Positions 10,107 to 20,160 of a stretch of 64,000 nucleotides of DNA are shown in pieces (position 1 is the stretch's first letter; each line of letters opens with the position of its first letter). Source of the stretch: Caldisericota bacterium (GTDB taxonomy: Bacteria; Caldisericota; Caldisericia; JAAYUI01); assembly GCA_029548865.1 (NCBI GenBank), contig JAKPMO010000004.1:128001-192000 (forward strand), given 5' to 3'. The notes under the pieces were generated by a model. That model was not told the origin of the DNA and searched no databases. It worked only from the letters and a program-made list of their open reading frames with translations. The position numbers and the translations under genes are program-made.

Positions 10107-11299
10107 GGCCTCGATACTATCAACTTTGTGTCTCTGGCGATCACAAGCTCTTCGTTGGTTGGGATAACAAGGACTTTGACCTTCGAATCTTCCGTGCTTA
10201 TGTCGCGCGTTTCTTTTGACCTTGCGGTGTTTTTCTCCTGGTCAAGATTGATTCCAAGGAATTCGAGCCCTGCAAGCGAGTCCCTTCTTGTCAGGTCAGA
10301 ATTTTCACCTATTCCTGCTGTGAAAACAACCGCATCCAGTCCACCCATTGCGGCGGCGTATGCACCAATGTATTTCTTTATTCTTCTGCAGAACATTATG
10401 TGCGCAAGTGTGCACATTTCATCGCCTTTAAGGTATCCTTCCTCAACGTCCCTTGAGTCATTGTAGCCAGAAATACCAAGCAGACCCGATTTTTTGTTGA
10501 GGATATTATCAACACCCTTTGGATCAAGTTTTTCTTTCTCCATTATGAAGAAAGGCAAAGCTGGATCGAGATCACCACACCTTGTTCCCATGATGAGTCC
10601 TTCAAGCGGTGTCATGCCCATTGTTGTGTCTACGGATTTTCCACCATCAACAGCGCATATCGAACTGCCATTACCGAGGTGGCATGTGACTATTTTCAGC
10701 TGGCTTGCCGGTTTGCCAAGGAATTTTGCAGCCTCTTGCGAGACAAAGAGGTGCGATGTGCCGTGGAATCCATACCTTCTGAAATGGTGCTTTTTGTAGA
10801 GCTCGTATGGTATGGCGTAGAGGTATGACTCTCTTGGCATTGTCTGATGGAATGCCGTATCAAAAACACCGACCTGAGGGATGTCCGGGAGGAGTTTTTT
10901 GAATGCGCCTATGCCAGCAAGGTTTGGTGGGTTGTGAAGTGGGGCAAGAGGTATGCACTCTTCCATCTTTTTTATTACCTCTTCGGTCAGCAGTTGCGAA
11001 CCGGAAAAAGTTTCTGCGCCATGAACAACTCTGTGACCCACTGCCTTTATTTCGTGCACATCCTTTAGTGCCCCTCTCTCTGGATCGGTTATATTCTGGA
11101 GGATTTTTTTGATGCCGATTTCATAGTCTGGCAGGGGAATTGTTTCTTTGTATTTTGTGTTCCCTCTTTTGTGGTTTACAATGCCTTCCTGGGTGCCGAC
11201 CTTTTCAAGAAGCCCGGAACAGAGTTCCTGTTCGTTTTCCATGTTGTAGAGTTTGTACTTGATGGATGATGAACCGCAGTTGATGACCAGTACCTTCAC
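10103..11299 (-). CDS. ackA: Acetate kinase
   Basis: INCGSSS, GHRVVHG, APLHNP, FDTAFH, HLGNG and TNEE motifs; GTG start with AAGGAGG SD. Confidence 0.97.
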   Translation of the reverse strand: MKVLVINCGSSSIKYKLYNMENEQELCSGLLEKVGTQEGIVNHKRGNTKYKETIPLPDYEIGIKKILQNITDPERGALKDVHEIKAVGHRVVHGAETFSGSQLLTEEVIKKMEECIPLAPLHNPPNLAGIGAFKKLLPDIPQVGVFDTAFHQTMPRESYLYAIPYELYKKHHFRRYGFHGTSHLFVSQEAAKFLGKPASQLKIVTCHLGNGSSICAVDGGKSVDTTMGMTPLEGLIMGTRCGDLDPALPFFIMEKEKLDPKGVDNILNKKSGLLGISGYNDSRDVEEGYLKGDEMCTLAHIMFCRRIKKYIGAYAAAMGGLDAVVFTAGIGENSDLTRRDSLAGLEFLGINLDQEKNTARSKETRDISTEDSKVKVLVIPTNEELVIARDTKLIVSRP

Positions 11300-11319
11300 T
11301 TGAAATCCTCCTTAAGGGA

Positions 11320-11337
11320 TTGTGCAAAGCTTCACGC
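11320..11337. promoter_or_regulatory. Possible Rex-like operator upstream of ackA
   Basis: TTGTGCAAAGCTTCACGC versus the Rex consensus TTGTGAAnnnnTTCACAA (3 mismatches). Confidence 0.35.
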
Positions 11338-11392
11338 AAGGTATTGCAACGATAAATGATTACAATTACCTTTTGTCAACTACAGGGCAAAA

Positions 11393-11420
11393 ATTGTACA
11401 CCCTATTCCTGCCCTTTCAA
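11393..11420 (-). promoter_or_regulatory. Promoter of ackA-pur
   Basis: TTGAAA-16nt-TACAAT. Confidence 0.5.
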
Positions 11421-11433
11421 GATACTCTTGGGC

Positions 11434-12018
11434 TTATTGCCTGTTCCTTCCATAGTATGGAGAGAGCACAGATCCGATGATGTATATAATATAACCGAGG
11501 ACAATATCTTTTGCAAAAAGCACAAGCAGAGTGATACTCAGTATATCTGCGATGGCTTTTTGATTGCCAAGGAAAAAATAGGTGCAGATGCATGTGTATG
11601 CAATTCCAATTGCAAAAGCAACGATGACTCCTGCTGCCACGGAAATTATCTTCTTCCAGCCCTGCTTGTCCCATAGCCACCCTGTAAGGAACGAGGAGAG
11701 CGGGAGTGCCAGAAGGTAGCCAAAAGATGGTTGCAGTACATACATTGGCCCGCCACCTTTTGCAAAGACCGGAAGGCCTATCAGACCCAGAACAAGATAT
11801 ATGCCTTGGGATGCCGGGCCAAGCACCTTACCAAGAAAAATACCGGATGCAATTGCTGTTGCAAGCTGGAATGTGAGTGGCAATCCCGGAAGCGGGATCT
11901 TTAGGAAGGCCGAAATGACAGAAAGGCTGACAAAAATAGCGACAAGGACCAAGTCTCTGGTTTTCATGCTGGAAATACTATTATTGTTTTGATTTTTGGC
12001 AACCAACAATCCAGTCAT
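11434..12018 (-). CDS. bioY: Biotin ECF transporter S component BioY (start may be ATG 11967)
   Basis: PLTFQ, YLVLGLIGLPVFA and PSFGYL motifs; multiple TM segments. Confidence 0.9.
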   Translation of the reverse strand: MTGLLVAKNQNNNSISSMKTRDLVLVAIFVSLSVISAFLKIPLPGLPLTFQLATAIASGIFLGKVLGPASQGIYLVLGLIGLPVFAKGGGPMYVLQPSFGYLLALPLSSFLTGWLWDKQGWKKIISVAAGVIVAFAIGIAYTCICTYFFLGNQKAIADILSITLLVLFAKDIVLGYIIYIIGSVLSPYYGRNRQ

Positions 12019-13118
12019 CCGCTCAGGATTTTTGAAAAAATAGGATTGGAAACCAGGATAAATGAGGGATTTATTGTGTAAATACTGCCATTTTTATCAA
12101 TTTTGCCATCCTGGACAAGTTCATCCAGCCTGCTTTGAAGTTTGGAAATACTTTCTGGATCGTATCTTTGTGCCAGCAAACTCAGATCCGTTCCATTTTC
12201 CAGGAGCCTGAGGTTTAGCATTGCCTCTTCGAATATTTTGTCTTCAGATGAAAGTTTCTCTTCGATAAATTTGCATGAAAGCGGATTGCTTATGTATTTT
12301 TCGAGATTTTCCTCGTTCTTGAATCTGATACCGTCTAGGTGTGATGATGCACCCGGGCCAAGGCCAAGATACTCACTACATTTCCAGTAATTGATGTTGT
12401 GGAGTGATTCTTCCTCAGAAATGGCAAAATTTGAAATCTCGTAGTGGTGAAAATTTTTGGAAACCAGCAAATCCCTACACTCCTCAAAAAGAATTGCTTG
12501 ATCATCATCTGATGGTAAGTTGCCAGGCATGTTTTGATAAATTTTTGTTCCTTCCTCAAGCGAAAGGCAGTAGGCGGAGATGTGCTTAAGCCCAAACTCT
12601 ACAAACTTGGACAATGTCGACAGCAAGGAGCTTTTTGTTTGTCCAGGCAATCCAATTATTAAATCGGCCGAGACTCTTTTAAAATATCTGTTTGCGATGG
12701 CAATAGCATCGATTGCCTTTTTTGAATTGTGTATTCTTCCAACCGACTTGAGTTCACCATCATTTAACGATTGGATACCAATTGAAACCCTGTCAAATTC
12801 ACAATTTATGGCCGAGAGCGCAAATTCCTCCGTCAGGCTTTCCGGATTGGCTTCTATTGTGGCTTCAAGGATTTTTTCAAATCCGAATGTTCTCCTTAGC
12901 CCTGAGTATAGTTTTTCGAGATTTTCCGGGCCAAGTAGACTTGGGGTACCGCCACCAAAGTAAATAGTGTCGAAATACAGCCCCTGATATTGCTTTGCTT
13001 CTGTAAGGACAGCTTCGACATAACCATGGATTCGTCCTTCAGATTTTGCAAGGCTGTAAAAATCGCAATAGTCGCATTTCTTTGCGCAAAAAGGAACGTG
13101 GACGTAAAGCCCGATCAC
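12015..13118 (-). CDS. hemW: Radical SAM heme chaperone HemW (HemN-like)
   Basis: YVHVPFCxxKCxYCDF, GGGTPS, YEISNF and HNxNYW motifs; directly downstream of lepA. Confidence 0.9.
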   Translation of the reverse strand: MIGLYVHVPFCAKKCDYCDFYSLAKSEGRIHGYVEAVLTEAKQYQGLYFDTIYFGGGTPSLLGPENLEKLYSGLRRTFGFEKILEATIEANPESLTEEFALSAINCEFDRVSIGIQSLNDGELKSVGRIHNSKKAIDAIAIANRYFKRVSADLIIGLPGQTKSSLLSTLSKFVEFGLKHISAYCLSLEEGTKIYQNMPGNLPSDDDQAILFEECRDLLVSKNFHHYEISNFAISEEESLHNINYWKCSEYLGLGPGASSHLDGIRFKNEENLEKYISNPLSCKFIEEKLSSEDKIFEEAMLNLRLLENGTDLSLLAQRYDPESISKLQSRLDELVQDGKIDKNGSIYTINPSFILVSNPIFSKILSG

Positions 13119-14911
13119 TCTTCTTCTTCAACCTTTAGCAGGGACAGGAAGGCCTCCTGCGGAATTTCGACTGCGCCGACCATCTTCATGCGCTTTTTGC
13201 CTTCCTTCTGTTTCTCGAGCAGCTTTTTCTTTCTTGTCACATCGCCACCGTAGCATTTTGCAAGAACGTCTTTCCTGTAGGCCACTATGTCTTCCCTTGC
13301 GATGATCTTTCCGCCTATTGCGGCCTGGAGCGGGATTTTGAACTGTTGCCTTGGGATGAGCTTCCTGAGCTTGTTGATCAGCGACCTCCCCTTTTGAACG
13401 GCAAAGTCCCTGTGGGAGATGTATGAGAGCGCATCTACCTGGTCACCATTGACCAACACGTCAACCTTGACGAGGTCATCCGGGCGATATCCTGTGAAAT
13501 CATAATCAAGACTGCCATATCCATGTGTAATACTTTTCAGTTTGTCGTAATAGTCCGTTATTATTTCGGCGAGAGGGAATTCGTAGTGAATGATGGTTCT
13601 CTTCTGATCTGGATATTCCATGCCGGTCATGGTGCCTCTCCTTGCTTGTGAGAGCTCCATTACCGGACCAATCGTGTCATTTTGTGTGATTACCTGGGCC
13701 TTTACAATTGGCTCCTCGATTGATTCAATTTCATTTGGATCAGGAAACTTGGAGGGGTTGTCGATGTAGGTTTCCTGGCCTTTTGTGCCGATGACTTTGT
13801 AAACAACGGTGGGCATCGTTGCGATTATTTCCTGCTCAAACTCCCTTTTTAGCCTCTCAACAACAATTTCCATGTGTAGCATCCCAAGGAAGCCAACCCT
13901 GAAACCGTGCCCAAGTGCTGCAGAACTCTCTTTTTCGTAGACAATCGAGCTGTCGTTTAGCTGATACTTTTCAATGGCGGTGCGAAGCTTGTCATAGTCA
14001 TTGGTCGAGATAGGGTATACACCACAGAAGACCATTGGCTGCATTCTTCTAAAACCAGGGATGGCCATAGTGTCTGGAAACTCCGGAGAAATTATTGTGT
14101 CTCCGACATGTATGTCGTTTGTATCTCTTATGATTGCGGCAAAATATCCAACTTCACCAGCCTTCAGCTCGTCGCACCGAATAAGTCTCAATCCAAAATA
14201 GCCAACCTCTTCAACCTCAAAGATTTTGCTGTTGGACTTGAGCATTATCTTGTCACCCGGTTTTATTGAACCATCAAAAATCCTTATGTGGCTAATGGCA
14301 CCCTTGTAGGAATCATAGTGGCTGTCGAATATCAGGCACCTGAGTGGTGCTGATTCGCTTATTCTTGGTGGTGGTATCTTGCGGACAATTTCTTCAAGCA
14401 GTTCTGGCACTCCGGTGCCATCTTTTGCAGAGACGAGCATCGCATCGTCAGAAGGCAGGCCAAGCATGTCTTCCATCTGTATCTTGCATTCATCGATCAT
14501 CGCATTTGGGAGATCGATTTTGTTTATGACCGGGATTATGTGGAGGTCAGCATCCATTGCCAGATATGCGTTGGCAATTGTCTGAGCCTCAACCCCCTGC
14601 GTGGCGTCAACGAGGAGAAGCGCTCCCTCACAGGCCTTCAGGCTCCTTGAAACTTCATAGTTGAAATCCACATGGCCTGGGGTGTCTATCAGGTTCAGGA
14701 TGTACTCCTGGCCGTTTTTTGCCTTGTACGGGATTCTGACTGGAGAGGCCTTGATTGTTATTCCCCTCTCCTTTTCCAGGTCCATGCTGTCCAAAATCTG
14801 GGCATTGCCTGTTGTGTGGACAACATCGGTCAGCTCCAGTATTCTGTCGGCCAGCGTCGATTTGCCATGGTCGATATGGGCTATTATGCAAAAATTGCGA
14901 ATATTGTTCAT
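13115..14911 (-). CDS. lepA: Elongation factor 4
   Basis: AHIDHGKSTL, ERGITIK, DTPGHVDF, GFLGMLH and KCYGGD motifs. Confidence 0.98.
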   Translation of the reverse strand: MNNIRNFCIIAHIDHGKSTLADRILELTDVVHTTGNAQILDSMDLEKERGITIKASPVRIPYKAKNGQEYILNLIDTPGHVDFNYEVSRSLKACEGALLLVDATQGVEAQTIANAYLAMDADLHIIPVINKIDLPNAMIDECKIQMEDMLGLPSDDAMLVSAKDGTGVPELLEEIVRKIPPPRISESAPLRCLIFDSHYDSYKGAISHIRIFDGSIKPGDKIMLKSNSKIFEVEEVGYFGLRLIRCDELKAGEVGYFAAIIRDTNDIHVGDTIISPEFPDTMAIPGFRRMQPMVFCGVYPISTNDYDKLRTAIEKYQLNDSSIVYEKESSAALGHGFRVGFLGMLHMEIVVERLKREFEQEIIATMPTVVYKVIGTKGQETYIDNPSKFPDPNEIESIEEPIVKAQVITQNDTIGPVMELSQARRGTMTGMEYPDQKRTIIHYEFPLAEIITDYYDKLKSITHGYGSLDYDFTGYRPDDLVKVDVLVNGDQVDALSYISHRDFAVQKGRSLINKLRKLIPRQQFKIPLQAAIGGKIIAREDIVAYRKDVLAKCYGGDVTRKKKLLEKQKEGKKRMKMVGAVEIPQEAFLSLLKVEEEE

Positions 14912-14922
14912 ACCAAGTAATC

Positions 14923-14950
14923 ATTTTACTGCCAGTCGCAATTTGTTCAA
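14923..14950 (-). promoter_or_regulatory. lepA promoter (near-leaderless)
   Basis: TTGAAC-16nt-TAAAAT; ATG 11 nt downstream, no SD. Confidence 0.5.
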
Positions 14951-15010
14951 GGTTTGACACTCATTTCCTTGACAGCCATGAAGCCCATAACTATACACGG
15001 CACGTAAACT

Positions 15011-17665
15011 ATGGAAAAAACATTGATATTGACCGAGAAGCCTTCAGTTGCCGCCGATATAGCACACGCACTAGGCGGTTTCGACAAAAAAGAGGATTTT
15101 TACGAGAGTGACGACACCTATATAACATGGGCAGTCGGTCACCTTGTAACACTGGCTGAGCCTGAAGATTATGACAAGGGTTATAAGTATTGGACTTTGC
15201 AGTCCCTTCCAATAATCCCCAATAAGTTCGAGCTCAAGCCAATCCCAAAATCTGAAAGCAGGTTGAAGAAGATAGCTTCGCTGGCAAAAAAATCATCAAC
15301 GCTTGTAAATGCCTGTGATGCTGGCCGCGAGGGTGAACTGATATTCAGGTACATCTATGAGTACCTTGGACTTGAAGCACCGACAAAAAGGTTGTGGCTC
15401 CAGTCCATGACCAAATCGGCCATTGCTGATGGTTTTGAAAGGCTTAGACCATCAAAAGAGCTGAACAACCTTGGGGAGTCGGCAAAGTGCAGATCTGAGG
15501 CCGATTGGCTCATTGGAATCAATGCAACCAGGGCCTTTACAAGGAGACTTGGCAACCTCCTCTCGATTGGCAGAGTACAGACACCAACACTCTCGATAAT
15601 CATCTCGAGGGAAAAAGAGATAAATGCCTTTGTCCCAAGGACATATTTTGATATTTTTGCAGAGTTTGAAGCCAAATCTGGTGTCTACAGGGGGAAATGG
15701 TTTATCGATGTTCCCAAGGTGTCAAAAGAAAAAAATGCACCAATAACCGATGATATTTTGGCCTCACTAGTAAAGAAATATGGCCAGATAGCTACATCTG
15801 CCCTTAAGGCCAATGATGGTGCCGTCCAGGGAGACACTGTTGAATCTGTTGGGGACAAGAAAGCTGCTGATGAGATAGTTAACAGGATCAAGGGAAAGGA
15901 AGGCAAAGTTATTGTTGAGGACCATAAGCTCCAGAAGCAGAGCCCGCCGCTCCTTTTTGATCTCAATGAACTCCAGAGAGAGGCCAATAGAAGGTTTTCA
16001 TTTTCTGCTGCCAGAACCTTGCAGCTTGCCCAGCAACTTTACGAAGAGAAAAAACTGGTCACCTACCCAAGGTCTGACAGCAAACATCTTCCCGAGGACT
16101 ACACGGATGTTGTTCCGAGAATTTTTGGCATACTTTCCCACACAAAATATGACAAGGTGGCCCTGCCACTTGTTGGCCAGAAGGTTGCAAAAAACAAGAG
16201 AATATTTGACAACAAGAAGATCTCTGACCACTTTGCAATAATCCCCACAGAAAAATCGCTTGAGGAAGTATCTCTCACTCCAGAACAGACAAAAATTTAT
16301 GATTTGATAGTGAAAAAATTCCTTGCAGCGTTCTACCCGGATGCAGTCTGGGAGGTCGTGCACAGGGTGACCCAGGTTGACGGGCTTGATTTCAAGTCCG
16401 ATGCCAAGAGTTTGAAAGAAAAAGGTTTCTACGCTGTCTATGGCAGGGAAGAGCAGGAAGAATCTTCTCTACCAGTGGTTGCAGAAGGCGAAACAGTGGA
16501 AACTGTTGCACAGGAACTACAGGAAAAACAAACAACGCCACCGCCAAGATATAACGAGGCAACCCTCCTTGGAGCAATGGAAACGGCTGGCAAGTTTATC
16601 GATGATGAGGAACTTAGAGATGCAATGAAGGAAAAAGGCCTGGGAACTCCGGCCACAAGAGCTTCTATCATCGAAAGGATACTGGAAGTTGGCTACATTG
16701 AACGTGTTGGCAGAGACCTTGTCCCAACAACAAAAGGGATAGCGCTGTACGATCTTTTGATTGGTTTCCCTCTTCCGGAACTATATTCACCAGAAATGAC
16801 CGGAAACTGGGAATACAAGCTTGCCTGTATTGAAAAAGGCGAGATGAGCCCCGAGGATTTCCTTAATGAAATTGTGGATTTCACAAAACAGCTTGTAAAC
16901 AAGGTAAAGGACAGGAGTCTTGATGCTCCAATTGCCAGCCAGGATGGCAATGGAGAGGCGAGGGCCATTGGAACTTGCCCTCTCTGCGGGGAAGATGTTG
17001 TTGACTCTTTTATGTCTTTCAGGTGTGCCAACTACAAATCCACAAAGACCAAAAAAGGCGCAAAGAAAACGAAAGCCAAGGAAGAAGATGAAGAGAGCGG
17101 GTGCAATTTTGCGATCTGGAAAACGATTGCCGGAAAAATCATTACCGAGGACATCGCAAAAGAGCTCATCGAAAAGAAGAAGGCAGGTCCTCTTTCCGGT
17201 TTCAGATCAAAATCTGGCAGGCCATTTTCTGCTACCCTTTTGCTTGGCGATGACGGTAAAATAACCTTCGAGTTCTCCAAGAGCCAGGATGAAGGTGGCC
17301 AGGAAAAAACAAAAATAGAAGAAGTCTTCCTTGAAGACCCTGTTGCAAAGTGCCCGGTCTGCAAGGCCGACATCCTCGAGGGAACCTCGGTGTACCGCTG
17401 CCAAAACTTTGGCAAGTCTTGCAAAATGTCCCTTAGTAAAGTAATTTTAGGGAAGGCCATAGCTCGCGAAACGGCCGCCAGACTTTTTGAAGAAGGCAAA
17501 ACAGAAAAGATTTCAGGCTTCATAAGTCGCAAAGGCAGACCGTTTTCTGCGTATCTGGTTTTAAAAGATGACGGGAAGGTAGGGTTTGAATTTGACAATG
17601 CAACAGGAAGGACAGCAAAAGGCGCATCCAAAGTTTCAAAGCCAAAAACTAAAAAAAGCAAATAG
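15011..17665 (+). CDS. topB: DNA topoisomerase III with C-terminal zinc-ribbon/Toprim C-terminal repeats
   Basis: TEKPSVA, DAGREGE, GRVQTPT, catalytic TYPRSD and GLGTPATR motifs; two CPxC...GFxSxxGRPFSA repeats. Confidence 0.93.
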   Translation: MEKTLILTEKPSVAADIAHALGGFDKKEDFYESDDTYITWAVGHLVTLAEPEDYDKGYKYWTLQSLPIIPNKFELKPIPKSESRLKKIASLAKKSSTLVNACDAGREGELIFRYIYEYLGLEAPTKRLWLQSMTKSAIADGFERLRPSKELNNLGESAKCRSEADWLIGINATRAFTRRLGNLLSIGRVQTPTLSIIISREKEINAFVPRTYFDIFAEFEAKSGVYRGKWFIDVPKVSKEKNAPITDDILASLVKKYGQIATSALKANDGAVQGDTVESVGDKKAADEIVNRIKGKEGKVIVEDHKLQKQSPPLLFDLNELQREANRRFSFSAARTLQLAQQLYEEKKLVTYPRSDSKHLPEDYTDVVPRIFGILSHTKYDKVALPLVGQKVAKNKRIFDNKKISDHFAIIPTEKSLEEVSLTPEQTKIYDLIVKKFLAAFYPDAVWEVVHRVTQVDGLDFKSDAKSLKEKGFYAVYGREEQEESSLPVVAEGETVETVAQELQEKQTTPPPRYNEATLLGAMETAGKFIDDEELRDAMKEKGLGTPATRASIIERILEVGYIERVGRDLVPTTKGIALYDLLIGFPLPELYSPEMTGNWEYKLACIEKGEMSPEDFLNEIVDFTKQLVNKVKDRSLDAPIASQDGNGEARAIGTCPLCGEDVVDSFMSFRCANYKSTKTKKGAKKTKAKEEDEESGCNFAIWKTIAGKIITEDIAKELIEKKKAGPLSGFRSKSGRPFSATLLLGDDGKITFEFSKSQDEGGQEKTKIEEVFLEDPVAKCPVCKADILEGTSVYRCQNFGKSCKMSLSKVILGKAIARETAARLFEEGKTEKISGFISRKGRPFSAYLVLKDDGKVGFEFDNATGRTAKGASKVSKPKTKKSK

Positions 17666-20153
17666 GCTTTTCTGGACAGTTTTAAGGTTCGGCCTTGCCG
17701 TCGGTTTTGTAGTGGCCATTGCCCTTGCTCTTTTCATATACAGGGTCGGATCAGATGTTGTTGCGACTTTGCCAAATCTTGATGAACAGAAGAGGCCGCC
17801 AGTGGCGTCCCAGATATTTGATTACGACAACCAACTAATAGGCTCCGTCTTTTTTGAGGACAGGATACCTGTAAAGATAAGTGAAGTTTCAAAGGATTTC
17901 CTCAACACAATAGTGACCTCTGAGGATGAAAGGTTTTACCAGCATAAGGGTTTTGATCTTCGTTCAATCTTCAGGGCATTTTTTGTCAACATAAAGACAG
18001 GTTCCATGAGTCAGGGTGGTTCTACGCTGACCCAACAGGTTGCCCGTTCGGAGCTTTTTATAGACAGCAAAGAAACTTCGGTCACAAGGAAGATCAAGGA
18101 AATAATACTGGCATTCAAGCTTGAGCAGCGTTACACAAAAGAAGAGATTCTAGAAGCCTATGTCAACCAGATATTCTTTGGGTTTGGCTCCTATGGTGTG
18201 GAATCTGCAGCTAGAAACTATTTTGGAAAACATGCAAAAGACCTTAACTATGCAGAAAGCTCCCTTCTCGTGGCGATCCTTCCTGCCCCTTCGGTCGACA
18301 ATCCGATAATCAACCTTGCTGGTACAAAAGAGCGCCAGAAAAACGTTTTGCGGAAACTTGTTGTAAATAATGTAATAACTGAAGAAGAATCGAAGAAATA
18401 TTTTGAGGTGCCGTACCAAAGAAAATCTTTCAGGGAAGTCGGGGACAACGATTCTGTAAACTACTTCATCGACTACGTCAAAGCCGAGATGGAGAAGCGC
18501 TACGATCCAAAGGACCTGAAAGAGGGTGGCCTCAGGATCAAGACAACGCTTATCAGGTCCTACCAAAAATATGCCGAGAACGCCATGAGAAATGTGTTTG
18601 CAAAAGCTGAAAAAAGTGGCGAATTCTCCTCAAAAGTTTTTGATGAATTTGGTGTAAAACAGCCACAGGCTTGTTTTGTGGCAATGAACCCCCGCAATGG
18701 GTATGTTCTCGCGATGGTTGGTGGAAGAGACTACAAAAACACAAAGTGGAACCGCACAACAGCAGAAAGACACCCCGGCTCGTCATTCAAGATTTTTGAC
18801 TACTCGGCCGCACTTGAGAACAAATCTGTTACCCCTGCTTCCATCCTCAAGTCAGACTACAGCTTCAACGTGAATGGATGGAACCCGGGTGAATGGAATT
18901 ACAGCGTTACCAACAAGCTTTATACTGTAAGAGGCGCACTTTTGACCTCTTCGAACGTCTGTGCATTGAGAGCGGGCCTTAGGGTTGGATTAGATAGAGT
19001 CGCTTATTATGCAGCCAAAATGGGCCTCAAGACCCCAATAATGCCTTACCCTTCAATCACCGTTGGTTCAGTTGAAGTCAGACCTGTTGATATGTGTACT
19101 GCCTATGCCTCCCTCGCTTCAGGTGGAATTCGTCATGATCCGGTTGCCATACTGGAAGTACAAAACAGGGACGGGATAATAATCGAGCGCTATCAGGGCA
19201 CAGGTTTTAGAGTCCTCTCCGAAGAAACAGCGTGGATACTTGGAAATATTTTTCAAGATGTTTTACACTCTATTCTTGGCTCCACAATAAAAACACCGGC
19301 GGCTGGAAAAACTGGTACTTCTACTGGTTCACTCAATGCCTGGTATTGTTGCTTTACACCAGAAATAACTGTTACCTGCTATGTTGGAAAAGACTCGAAA
19401 AAAGTCATGAGTGCTGTCAACACAATCATCTGGGGTTCTTCAATGGCAGCTCCAATGGCAAGAGATTTTGTAAATGCCTGCCTCACTGACAAAAAACATC
19501 CTCTGCCAAAAACCCCATTCCCACCTGCACCAAAAGGCATGACTGGAAGTATTTTCTGTAAAACATCCGGCGAGCTTGTCAATGGTTTTTGCCCAAGGGA
19601 CCAGATTAGCAGCGATTATTTCTTTGCCGGGACCACACCTGACACTCCATGCCAATACCACAAACAGGGCGTTTTCCCATACAACGTTGTTGAAGAAATT
19701 GTTGACGGGAAAAAATATTATTATAAACCCGGAAACTCCTGGTGTGTGACAAAAGAAGTTCTCCTTTCAAAAGATGTTTACGAAAAACTCCAGACAAAAT
19801 CTGATTGTCCGGCATTGATCAACCTTACCATCTCCGACCAATCAGGCCAGCTGATGCAGGAGCCATACTCACTTTCCAAGGGCAATATCTACAACCTTGA
19901 TGTTTCCATACCACAGGATGTCCTTGGAAAATTCAACGAAATAGATGTCTATTTTGGTGATATGAGGGTAAAGAAATGGCAAGAGGGTGATCTTGATTCC
20001 GATACAGGTCAAAAAGTGGAATTCAGCTCACCGCTCAATGCCATGTTTGCTGTGTCTCCAGATGATGCAGACAAAACAAAAAAATTGATTTTTGAGATAA
20101 GGGGCCCAGGCGGCTTTTATCTCAAAAAAACTTTTGATGTGGGGATAAGCTAG
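17598..20153 (+). CDS. Class A penicillin-binding protein (PBP1A family); start uncertain (17586 or 17598)
   Basis: N-terminal TM; transglycosylase EDERF, GGSTLTQQ and RKIKE; transpeptidase SSFK, SSN and KTGT. Confidence 0.93.
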   Translation: MQQEGQQKAHPKFQSQKLKKANRLFWTVLRFGLAVGFVVAIALALFIYRVGSDVVATLPNLDEQKRPPVASQIFDYDNQLIGSVFFEDRIPVKISEVSKDFLNTIVTSEDERFYQHKGFDLRSIFRAFFVNIKTGSMSQGGSTLTQQVARSELFIDSKETSVTRKIKEIILAFKLEQRYTKEEILEAYVNQIFFGFGSYGVESAARNYFGKHAKDLNYAESSLLVAILPAPSVDNPIINLAGTKERQKNVLRKLVVNNVITEEESKKYFEVPYQRKSFREVGDNDSVNYFIDYVKAEMEKRYDPKDLKEGGLRIKTTLIRSYQKYAENAMRNVFAKAEKSGEFSSKVFDEFGVKQPQACFVAMNPRNGYVLAMVGGRDYKNTKWNRTTAERHPGSSFKIFDYSAALENKSVTPASILKSDYSFNVNGWNPGEWNYSVTNKLYTVRGALLTSSNVCALRAGLRVGLDRVAYYAAKMGLKTPIMPYPSITVGSVEVRPVDMCTAYASLASGGIRHDPVAILEVQNRDGIIIERYQGTGFRVLSEETAWILGNIFQDVLHSILGSTIKTPAAGKTGTSTGSLNAWYCCFTPEITVTCYVGKDSKKVMSAVNTIIWGSSMAAPMARDFVNACLTDKKHPLPKTPFPPAPKGMTGSIFCKTSGELVNGFCPRDQISSDYFFAGTTPDTPCQYHKQGVFPYNVVEEIVDGKKYYYKPGNSWCVTKEVLLSKDVYEKLQTKSDCPALINLTISDQSGQLMQEPYSLSKGNIYNLDVSIPQDVLGKFNEIDVYFGDMRVKKWQEGDLDSDTGQKVEFSSPLNAMFAVSPDDADKTKKLIFEIRGPGGFYLKKTFDVGIS

Positions 20154-20160
20154 GCTGGCG

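Noticed and set aside
11300..11433. Purine or ZTP riboswitch ahead of ackA-pur
   Set aside because: No recognisable aptamer motifs, and the predicted leader is short.
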